From Gemmatimonadota bacterium (GTDB lineage: Bacteria > Gemmatimonadota > Gemmatimonadetes > Longimicrobiales > Gaopeijiaceae), in assembly GCA_039589315.1 (NCBI GenBank), contig JBDHHQ010000059.1, positions 1-27,535 on the forward strand: 27,535 nt of DNA, in the 5' to 3' direction. A program made the translations under genes and the position numbers. The notes under the pieces were generated by a model. The model was not told the DNA's origin. It made no database searches and was given only the letters and a program-made list of their open reading frames with translations. Positions 8,129-15,599 of this stretch are shown in pieces. Each line of letters opens with the position of its first letter. Within the stretch, counting starts at the first letter, position 1.

Positions 8129-9655
8129 TTGGACCTGACTCTCTGGGACGGCATCGCGTTCGTCGCCTTCCTCGCCGCCGTCATCGGCATCTCCCTGTAC
8201 GCGTCCAGGAAGGAAGATACCGGAGAGGACTACTTCCTCGCCGGACGCAGCCTCACATGGTGGCTGATCGGCTTTTCGCTCATCGCGTCGAACATCTCGA
8301 CCGAGCACTTCATCGGGATGGCAGGCTCGGGCTTCGGCGTCGCCGGCCTGGCCATTGCCAGCTACGAGTGGATCGCGGCCATCTCGCTGGTCGTCGTCGC
8401 GTTCTGGCTGCTCCCGCTCTTTCTGCGCCTGGGCATCTTCACGATGCCGGAGTTCCTGGAGCACCGGTACGGGAATCCGGCCCGGACCATCATGGCCATC
8501 TACCTGATGGCGGCGTACGTGGGGGTGGCCATCGCCGGAGTGCTGTACTCGGGTGCCCTGGGCCTCCAGACGATCTTCGGCCTGGACATGCTGGTCGGGA
8601 TCTGGCTGATCGGCATCCTGGCCGGTGCCTACACCGTGTACGGAGGCCTGAAGGCGGTGGTGTGGTCGGACCTCCTGCAAGGCAGTGCGCTGCTCATCGG
8701 GGGCATCGTCGTGACGGTGATCGGCCTCAGCAAGGTCGGCGGTCTCGGCGCGTTCCTCGAGACCAACGCCGAAAAGCTCCACATGGTCCTGCCGTCGGAT
8801 CATCCGGAGCTCCCCTGGACGGCGCTGCTCGTGGGGATCTGGATTCCCAACTTCTTCTACTGGGGATTCAATCAGTTCATCACCCAGCGGACCCTGGGAG
8901 CCCGGTCTTTGGCGGCGGGCCAGCGGGGCGTCGTGTTCGCTGCCGGCCTGAAGTTGCTGATCCCGTTCATCGTGGTATTCCCGGGGATCATCGCCTTCCA
9001 GCTCTACGGCACCGCGTTGGCGGATGGAGACCAGGCGTATCCTGTGCTGATCCGCGATCTCCTGCCCGTGGGGCTCCGGGGCATCCTCTTCGCCGCCCTG
9101 TTCGGCGCCATCATGAGTAGCCTCGACTCCATGCTGAACTCCGCATCGACGCTCTTCACCATGGATCTGTACAAGCGGCATTGGAGACCCGATGCTGACC
9201 CCCACCACGTCGTGAAGGTGGGCCGGATCGCGACCGCCGCTTTCGTGGTCATGGGGTGCCTGTTGGCGCCGTTCCCAGGCCGGTTCGAGGGTGTGTACGC
9301 CTACATGCAGCTCGTGTGGGGCTTCATCTCGCCGCCCATCACGGCGGTCTTCGTGTTCGGCCTGATCTTCAAGAAGGCCCCCTTGTCCGCCGCCGTGTCC
9401 GGCCTGCTCGTCGGGCCAATCGTCTACGGACTCCTCAACTGGCAGCTACCCCACATCGCCTTCCTGAACCACATGGCCATCACGTTCGGCGTCGTGGTCG
9501 CGGTGATGGCGGCCTTCACCTGGGCGCGACCGTTGGCCGACCCAGTGAGATTCGCCACCGCGTCGGGCATAGACCTGACACCGAGCCGCGGTGCCAAGGT
9601 GGGGGGAATCGTGGTCGTGGCCACGACGGTGCTGCTCTACGTGGTGTTCTGGTAG
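8129..9655 (+). CDS. Sodium:solute symporter (SSS/SLC5), sugar-transporter-like
   Basis: DYFLAGRSLTWWLIGFSLIASNISTEHFIGMAGSG, YTVYGGLKAVVWSDLLQ, YWGFNQFITQRTL and AIMSSLDSMLNSASTLFTMDLY; many TM helices; TTG start. Confidence 0.95.
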   Translation: MDLTLWDGIAFVAFLAAVIGISLYASRKEDTGEDYFLAGRSLTWWLIGFSLIASNISTEHFIGMAGSGFGVAGLAIASYEWIAAISLVVVAFWLLPLFLRLGIFTMPEFLEHRYGNPARTIMAIYLMAAYVGVAIAGVLYSGALGLQTIFGLDMLVGIWLIGILAGAYTVYGGLKAVVWSDLLQGSALLIGGIVVTVIGLSKVGGLGAFLETNAEKLHMVLPSDHPELPWTALLVGIWIPNFFYWGFNQFITQRTLGARSLAAGQRGVVFAAGLKLLIPFIVVFPGIIAFQLYGTALADGDQAYPVLIRDLLPVGLRGILFAALFGAIMSSLDSMLNSASTLFTMDLYKRHWRPDADPHHVVKVGRIATAAFVVMGCLLAPFPGRFEGVYAYMQLVWGFISPPITAVFVFGLIFKKAPLSAAVSGLLVGPIVYGLLNWQLPHIAFLNHMAITFGVVVAVMAAFTWARPLADPVRFATASGIDLTPSRGAKVGGIVVVATTVLLYVVFW

Positions 9656-9769
9656 GAGCTGTTCGGACCCGTGCACCGCTGCTCGGACGAAAGCGACGCC
9701 TGCCCGGGCTCCGACACCCAGCGGCTGGCCCGCGCCGTGGCCGCGAGGGCTTCTGCGTGGGTCACATGC

Positions 9770-9826
9770 AGGCGGCCCGTAGGGTCTTGACCGCTACGGT
9801 GACCGATCCTGTTGGGCGGGCCGCCT
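9770..9826. terminator. Long imperfect hairpin between convergent genes, possible terminator
   Basis: aggcggcccg (9770-9779) pairs with cgggccgcct (9817-9826); inner tagggtc/gatcctg and accg/cggt stems. No U-tract. Confidence 0.35.
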
Positions 9827-10818
9827 CAGCCGGCACCCTCCGGCTCCGGCCCCTTCCCAGGCGTCAGGCGATCGAGCATGGCGCCTCCCGCGTCCTTGAT
9901 CTTGCCACCGAGTCCCGCGACGGCACCCGTCACGGTCCGGCCCGACGCCTTCACGATGATGCCGGAGAGGCGGGCCGCGCCCGTCGCCGCGATGGACCCC
10001 AGCATGCCTGCCGCCTGGACCACCGCCGACTTGCGGAGAGCCGCCTTGCGGGGGCGCACCAATGCCCGGGAGTACTCCCTGGCAATGATGCCGACCCGGA
10101 GGGTCAGGTAGGCGTTGGCCGTGCCCGACACCACCGAGTTCACGAACAGGGCGGTGGCCGCCTGGAGGCCCGGCACCACACCCGCCGCCGAGCCGAGGAC
10201 GCTGGTCAACACCGGTTGGATCTGCTCGGAGAGGTCTGCGTCGTCCAACTCCGTGGCCAGGAAGGCCGTGCTCATGACGTTGGCGTAGAGGTAGACCATG
10301 TCCCGGATCGTGGGACGCTGGTGATAGACGTGAGAGACGTCCCAGATCAGCTTGGACTGCACGCCGAGCACCAGCATGGCGTCCAGGGCGCCGAACTGCG
10401 AGATGGCCGTGGCGAAAAAGACCCGGGAACCGGCGGACTTGATGGCTTCGTTGGAGGCCCCGTCCAGGGTGTCCAGCGCTGCTTCCACCTCTTCCCGCGA
10501 TGTGAGCGAAGCGCCCTCCAGCCTCGGGTTGACGCTCAGTCGTCTCACGAGTCCCTGCAGGTGTTTCCGGAACTCGGGGGAGTCGTCCGACTCGGGCGGG
10601 ATGAGCGGCTTCGGCAGCCGGAGAAAGAGCGATAGGGGCACCAGGAGGCATGCGGTGTATATGAACGCCAGCGCCCAGAACACGCCCTGGCCCGCCACGG
10701 GATGGATGCGAGCTGCGAGATCGGCCAGTTGGACCGTCTGGTTCGCCATGAGAACGACGAACGAGACGGTCAGGAGAAGAGCGCCGAACAACAGGATCCG
10801 GCCTACCGTCCTACGCAT
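9826..10818 (-). CDS. DUF697/YcjF-family membrane protein
   Basis: GGAGG before ATG 10818 (MRRTVGRILLF). Two N-terminal TM helices, TAISQFGALDAMLVL...LIWDVSHVYHQRP and GTANAYLTLRVGI. Confidence 0.8.
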   Translation of the reverse strand: MRRTVGRILLFGALLLTVSFVVLMANQTVQLADLAARIHPVAGQGVFWALAFIYTACLLVPLSLFLRLPKPLIPPESDDSPEFRKHLQGLVRRLSVNPRLEGASLTSREEVEAALDTLDGASNEAIKSAGSRVFFATAISQFGALDAMLVLGVQSKLIWDVSHVYHQRPTIRDMVYLYANVMSTAFLATELDDADLSEQIQPVLTSVLGSAAGVVPGLQAATALFVNSVVSGTANAYLTLRVGIIAREYSRALVRPRKAALRKSAVVQAAGMLGSIAATGAARLSGIIVKASGRTVTGAVAGLGGKIKDAGGAMLDRLTPGKGPEPEGAG

Positions 10819-10936
10819 CGGGCCTCCGCGGTCAGAGCAAAAGGGAAGGACCAACATAGAGCGGGCGTCTCGACTGGCGGAAGCCGGTGGTTGGGTCCAG
10901 TCTCGAGGTTGGCCGGACACTCCTGGAGGATCTGAA

Positions 10937-11020
10937 ATGCGTGAACGTGCTCGTCCGCCGGGCTTCAGGGACCTCTCCATGCCTGGCAGGGCCTGCCCGC
11001 CGGGCTTCCCCGGGCTCTTC
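10937..11020 (+). repeat. Degenerate 42-bp tandem duplication of the start region
   Basis: MRERARPPGFRDLS / MPGRACPPGFPGLF; 28 of 42 nt identical, including an exact ccgccgggcttc at 10955 and 10997. Confidence 0.65.
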
Positions 11021-13066
11021 GCCCTGATCCTTCTCCTCCTGGGCCTGACCCAGGGGGCCGTCTCCGCCGAGGTCGTCGAGGTCGAGGTGGAGAGCAGAGA
11101 GGACGTGCTGGAGGGCCGGCCCTTCGGAGACGCAGGCGCCTACGAGAAGATCACGGGGCGCATCCGTTTCGCCTTCGATCCCGCCAACCCGTTCAACTCG
11201 GCCATCGTCGACCTGGACAGGGCACCCAGGAATGCCCAGGGACGGGTCGACGCCTGGGCCAACTTCATGGTGCTACAGCCGAAGGACCCATCGCTCCGCA
11301 GAGGCGTGGCGTGGGTCGAGGTGAGCAACCGGGGCGGCAAGGCCAGCCTCAGCTACTTCAACAACTCCCGGACCGGAACCCGTGATCCCGTGACCGTCGA
11401 GGATTTCGGCAGCGGCCTGCTCATGCGACAGGGGCTGACGGTGATCTGGGTCGGCTGGCAGTGGGACATGATCGAGGCGGAGGGCGTGCTCCGTCTCGAG
11501 GCACCCGTGGTGACCGGGGACGACGGGTTGCCGGTCACCGGTCTGGTCCGCTCGGACTGGACCGTGGACGAAGCCACCGACGTGCTGTCGTTGGTTCACC
11601 GGCCCGGCCAGATGCCCTACCCGGTGGCGGATCCAGACGCGCCGGAGAACGAGCTCACCGTGCGAGACGGGCGGGACGAGCACCGGCGGACCGTCGCCCG
11701 CGAGCTGTGGCGGTTCGTCCCCGAGCCGGTTGCCGAGGCTGAGCCGGGCGACACCGCGCCTGGCGCCGACGATCCTCCCCTCACGCACATCCGGCTCGAC
11801 GGTGGCTTCGAGGCGGGCCGGATCTACGAGCTGGTGTACCTGGGACAGGATCCGCGGGTGGTGGGGCTCGGCCTCGCCGCCGTGCGCGACGTCATCTCGT
11901 ACGCCAAGTACGATCCCGAGGCGCTCTTCCCTGTCGAGCGGGGGGTGGCGTTCGGCGTGTCACAGACGGGGCGCTTCCTACGGCACTTCCTCTACCAGGG
12001 CTTCAATGTGGACGAGGAGGGGCGTACGGCCTACGACGGCATGCTCATCCACACCGCCGGCGCAGGCCGTGGGAGCTTCAACCATCGATTCGGCCAACCC
12101 TCGCGGGATGCCCACCGGTACTCGGCGTTCTTCTATCCCACCGACCTGTTCCCGTTCACCAGTCGGCCCCAGACCGACCCCGTCACGGGCGTCGAGGCGG
12201 GCCTCCTGGACGGCACGGACCCGGCGCACCGGCCCCTCACGTTCTACACCAACACCGGGTACGAGTACTGGGGTCGGGCCGGGGCGCTGATCCACCACTC
12301 TGTGGACGGTACGGCTGATGTGGACCCGCTTCCCACCGAGCGCATCTACCATCTGACCAGCGGTCAGCACACGGGTGGGGGGATGCTGGCGTGGGACGGG
12401 GCAACGGCCGAGCGCATGAGCGGGGGCGCGTACCGGGGGAATCCCCTGGACTACCTGGTCAACCTGACCGCTCTGGCCGTGGCCCTGGTGGAGTGGGTGG
12501 CCGACGGCGTGGAGCCCCCGCCCAACCGATATCCGACCCTGGCGGCGGAGACGATGGTCGCCCACGACGACCTGCGCTACCCGCACATTCCGGGGCTCGT
12601 GACCAGCCGGGTGATCCACACCGCCTACCGAGCCGACTACGGGGATGGCTGGCCGGAGGGCATCATCGAGGTGCAGCCACCTCGCATCGGATCGGTCTTC
12701 CCCAGCTTCGTGTCGGACGTGGACGAGCTGGGGAACGAGGTCGCGGGGATCCGCCCGGTCGAAGTCCGGGTGCCTCTGGGCACCTACCTTCCGTGGAATC
12801 TCCGCGAGGGATACCCCGGCGGTACCGACGAGATGGTCGGTTCGATCGGCACCTTCGTTCCGCTGCCGGCGACCGAAAACGTGAAGATGATCACGGCCGA
12901 TCCGCGGCCCAGCCTGGAGGCGCTATACGGGTCCCGCAACGCCTTCCTCGGGCAGGTGCAAAGGGCGGCCGAGGAGATGGTCACCGAGCGCCTGCTTCTG
13001 GAAGAGGACGTGGAGCGGGTGGTTCAGCGGGCCCGAATCATGTGGAACTGGATCATGGGCGGATGA
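10937..13066 (+). CDS. Secreted large alpha/beta-hydrolase-domain protein (Abhydrolase_10-like, uncharacterised)
   Basis: GGAGG at 10925 before ATG 10937 (alternative ATG 10979). Signal peptide, FGDAGAYEKITG, IVDLDRAPRN, EVSNRGG, VGWQWD, nucleophile-elbow GVSQTGRFLR, GFNVDEEGR, GQH and VDELGNEVAGIR. Confidence 0.85.
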   Translation: MRERARPPGFRDLSMPGRACPPGFPGLFALILLLLGLTQGAVSAEVVEVEVESREDVLEGRPFGDAGAYEKITGRIRFAFDPANPFNSAIVDLDRAPRNAQGRVDAWANFMVLQPKDPSLRRGVAWVEVSNRGGKASLSYFNNSRTGTRDPVTVEDFGSGLLMRQGLTVIWVGWQWDMIEAEGVLRLEAPVVTGDDGLPVTGLVRSDWTVDEATDVLSLVHRPGQMPYPVADPDAPENELTVRDGRDEHRRTVARELWRFVPEPVAEAEPGDTAPGADDPPLTHIRLDGGFEAGRIYELVYLGQDPRVVGLGLAAVRDVISYAKYDPEALFPVERGVAFGVSQTGRFLRHFLYQGFNVDEEGRTAYDGMLIHTAGAGRGSFNHRFGQPSRDAHRYSAFFYPTDLFPFTSRPQTDPVTGVEAGLLDGTDPAHRPLTFYTNTGYEYWGRAGALIHHSVDGTADVDPLPTERIYHLTSGQHTGGGMLAWDGATAERMSGGAYRGNPLDYLVNLTALAVALVEWVADGVEPPPNRYPTLAAETMVAHDDLRYPHIPGLVTSRVIHTAYRADYGDGWPEGIIEVQPPRIGSVFPSFVSDVDELGNEVAGIRPVEVRVPLGTYLPWNLREGYPGGTDEMVGSIGTFVPLPATENVKMITADPRPSLEALYGSRNAFLGQVQRAAEEMVTERLLLEEDVERVVQRARIMWNWIMGG

Positions 13067-13983
13067 AGCTGCTGCTGGCCCTCCTGGCAGCCTACCTGCT
13101 GTACGCCGGCGTCTTCTTTCTGGCACAACGCCGGCTGATGTATCCGGGGACCTACCTGGCCCGCGTCTCCCCGGATGCCGAGCCGCCGCCCTCGGCCGAA
13201 CGTGTCTGGTTGGAGGTGCCCCCGGGACGGGTCGAGGCGTGGTTCTTCGCGCCTGCTTCGGTCGGGCCGACGCCCCCTGCGGCAGCTCCCGCTCCGGCTA
13301 CGGCCGCGCCTGCCCCCGCTCCGGCTACGGCGGCGCCTGCCCCCGCCCCGGCTGCGGCGGTGCCTGCCCCCGCTCCGGCCGACCCCTCCCCCGCCTTGAT
13401 CTTTGCCCACGGCAACGGCGAGGTGATCGACTACTGGCCGGACGTGATGCAGATGTTCGCGGACCGGGGGGTGGCCGTCCTGCTCGTGGAGTACCCGGGC
13501 TACGGGCGTTCCGACGGGAAGCCCACGCAGAAGGCCATCGCCCACGCGTTCACGGCCGCCTATGACTGGCTGGCAGGTCGGCGGGACGTCGACAGCAGAC
13601 GCATCTCAGCGGTCGGCCGGTCTCTGGGTGGCGGCGCCGTGGCCGATCTCTCCCGCCAGCGGTCACTGGCGGCCCTCGTTTTGACGTCCACTTTCTCGAG
13701 CGTTCGGGACATCGCGTGGCGCGGCTATTTCCTCCCAGGCTTCCTGGCGCTGGATCCCTTCGACAATCGGAGAGCGGTCGCCGGATTCGACGGGCCGGTC
13801 CTCGTGATCCACGGGCGTCGGGACGATCAGCTGCCCTACCGCCACGCCGAGGCGCTGGCCGGGGCTTCCACGCGGGCCCAGCTCGTGGCCCTGGACTGCG
13901 GGCACAACGACTGCCCGCCGTCGTGGCCGGAGTTCGTGGAGCGGGTTTCGGACTTCGTGTTGGACGCAGATCCCGTCGATTGA
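13063..13983 (+). CDS. Membrane-anchored alpha/beta hydrolase (ABHD13/ABHD17/Bem46-like)
   Basis: ATGA overlap with the upstream stop. N-terminal TM then QRRLMYP, FAHGNGE, EYPGYGRSDG, GRSLGG (Ser), HGRRDD (Asp) and GHND (His). Confidence 0.9.
   Translation: MKLLLALLAAYLLYAGVFFLAQRRLMYPGTYLARVSPDAEPPPSAERVWLEVPPGRVEAWFFAPASVGPTPPAAAPAPATAAPAPAPATAAPAPAPAAAVPAPAPADPSPALIFAHGNGEVIDYWPDVMQMFADRGVAVLLVEYPGYGRSDGKPTQKAIAHAFTAAYDWLAGRRDVDSRRISAVGRSLGGGAVADLSRQRSLAALVLTSTFSSVRDIAWRGYFLPGFLALDPFDNRRAVAGFDGPVLVIHGRRDDQLPYRHAEALAGASTRAQLVALDCGHNDCPPSWPEFVERVSDFVLDADPVD
13288..13380 (+). repeat. 27-bp coding tandem repeat, about 3.4 copies (PAPATAAPA)
   Basis: cccgctccggctacggccgcgcctgcc / cccgctccggctacggcggcgcctgcc / cccgccccggctgcggcggtgcctgcc / cccgctccggcc. 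Confidence 0.92.
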
Positions 13984-14163
13984 CACTCCCGTTCCATGCG
14001 ACGCATTGCGTCGTCGCCTCGTTGGCGACGAAGCCCGGTGCCCTGACGGGGGGTGACCGGCGCCTCGGTCTGTGGCGGTCGAGCGGTAGCGTGCTCGGGC
14101 GGCGGTACGCTAGGCTTCGCTTCCGACGCCACACCCAGGAGAACTTCAACACCGGGGGAGAGG

Positions 14164-15321
14164 ATGAACACTCGGGCGCTGCCGGCGTGTCTCGCTCTGT
14201 CGATCGTCCTCGCGTCCGCCATCGGGGCCTCCGCCCAGGAGACGGACTCCGAGAGGATCCGACGCATCCTGTCAGAGGTGCCGTTGATCGACGGGCACAA
14301 CGACCTGCCGGGCCAGATCCGGGAGATGAAGACTGCCGCGGGCGACGTCTGGAGCTACGACCTCCGCCGGGCGACGTCAGGAGACACGGACATACCTCGA
14401 CTCCGACGGGGCATGGTCGGAGCCCAGTTCTGGTCCGTCAACGTGAACGTCAACCACCCCCGGCCGGCGATGCAGCAGCTCGAGCAGATCGACATTGCCC
14501 ACCGGGTGATCGAGGCCTATCCCGACGTGTTCGAGCTCGCGGGAAGCGCATCGGACATCGAGCGGATCTTCGGCGCCGGCAAGATCGCGTCCCTACTCGG
14601 CATCGAGGGGGGCCACGTGATCGAGAACTCCCTCGGTGCGCTCCGGGCCTTCTACCGAGCCGGCGTGCGCTATGTGGGATTGACTCACTTCGCGAACACC
14701 GATTGGGCAGATTCGGCGACAGACTCGGCGGTTCTCGACGGGCTCTCGCCGTTCGGCGAGGAGGTGGTCCGGGAGATGAACCGGATGGGCATGCTCGTCG
14801 ATCTCTCCCATGTGTCGCCAGCCACCATGAGCGATGCGTTGAACGTGGCCGAGGCACCCGTCATCTTCTCGCACGCAGGCGCCCGAGCCATCGCCGATCA
14901 CCCCCGCAACGTCCCGGACTCGATCCTGCGGCGGCTCCCCGCCAACGGGGGCGTGGTGATGCAGCTCTTCTACCCGCCGTACATCAGCACCAGGGTCGAC
15001 TCGACCGCGACGCTGTCCGAGGTGGCCGACCACATCGAGCACATCCGTGATGTGGCAGGCATCGATCACGTGGGCATCGGATCCGACTTCGACGGGATCC
15101 CGACCTATGTCGAGGGCCTCGAGGACGTGTCCACCTTCCCGGCGCTGTTCGTCGAGCTGGCACGCCGCGGATGGTCGGACGAGGAGCTGAAGAGGCTGGC
15201 CGGCGAGAACCTGCTCCGAGTCATGCGGGAAGCGGAATCGACGGCGCGGCGTATCCAACGTGTGCGCGAGCCGTCGACCCGGACGATCGAGGAGATGGAC
15301 GGGCGCGGGGGATTCCTATGA
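14164..15321 (+). CDS. Secreted membrane-dipeptidase family protein (peptidase M19)
   Basis: Purine-rich RBS before ATG 14164. Signal peptide, IDGHNDLP, TDIPRL, GIEGGH, LVDLSHVS, IFSH, HPRNVPD and HVGIGSDFDG. Confidence 0.95.
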   Translation: MNTRALPACLALSIVLASAIGASAQETDSERIRRILSEVPLIDGHNDLPGQIREMKTAAGDVWSYDLRRATSGDTDIPRLRRGMVGAQFWSVNVNVNHPRPAMQQLEQIDIAHRVIEAYPDVFELAGSASDIERIFGAGKIASLLGIEGGHVIENSLGALRAFYRAGVRYVGLTHFANTDWADSATDSAVLDGLSPFGEEVVREMNRMGMLVDLSHVSPATMSDALNVAEAPVIFSHAGARAIADHPRNVPDSILRRLPANGGVVMQLFYPPYISTRVDSTATLSEVADHIEHIRDVAGIDHVGIGSDFDGIPTYVEGLEDVSTFPALFVELARRGWSDEELKRLAGENLLRVMREAESTARRIQRVREPSTRTIEEMDGRGGFL

Positions 15322-15370
15322 GATCATCGGGCGGGACCGCTTCCCGGGTGTTCGAGGAACGGGCTCGGCC

Positions 15371-15526
15371 TCAGCGGTCCGACTCCAGGTCGACGATCGC
15401 CCGGTACCGGGCCGCCTGGTCCAGGAGCTCGTTGTCCTCCATCACTCCAACGGGGGCGGCCAACATGCCCTTCACCTGGTTGTCCTGGCCTAGCGGGGCC
15501 GGGGAACGCTCGAACGCGGCACCCAT
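15371..15526 (-). CDS. Possible small protein or 3' gene remnant (...VKGMLAAPVGVMEDNELLDQAARYRAIVDLESDR)
   Basis: 37 of the last 39 sense codons end in G/C. Start uncertain: ATG 15526, GTG 15475, ATG 15466 or ATG 15442. Confidence 0.35.
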   Translation of the reverse strand: MGAAFERSPAPLGQDNQVKGMLAAPVGVMEDNELLDQAARYRAIVDLESDR

Positions 15527-15599
15527 CCAGGCGTCTGCGGCCGTGGACTGGCGCTCTCCACACCGGCCCCGGGGGGCTCGCGCACCACGGAGCCGAGCG

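Noticed and set aside
13288..13380. CRISPR-like array
   Set aside because: The repeats are contiguous, in frame and lack spacers; no cas genes are present.
14029..14119. tRNA interpretation of the 91-nt cloverleaf
   Set aside because: No TTCRA T-loop, D-loop consensus or 3' CCA on either strand.
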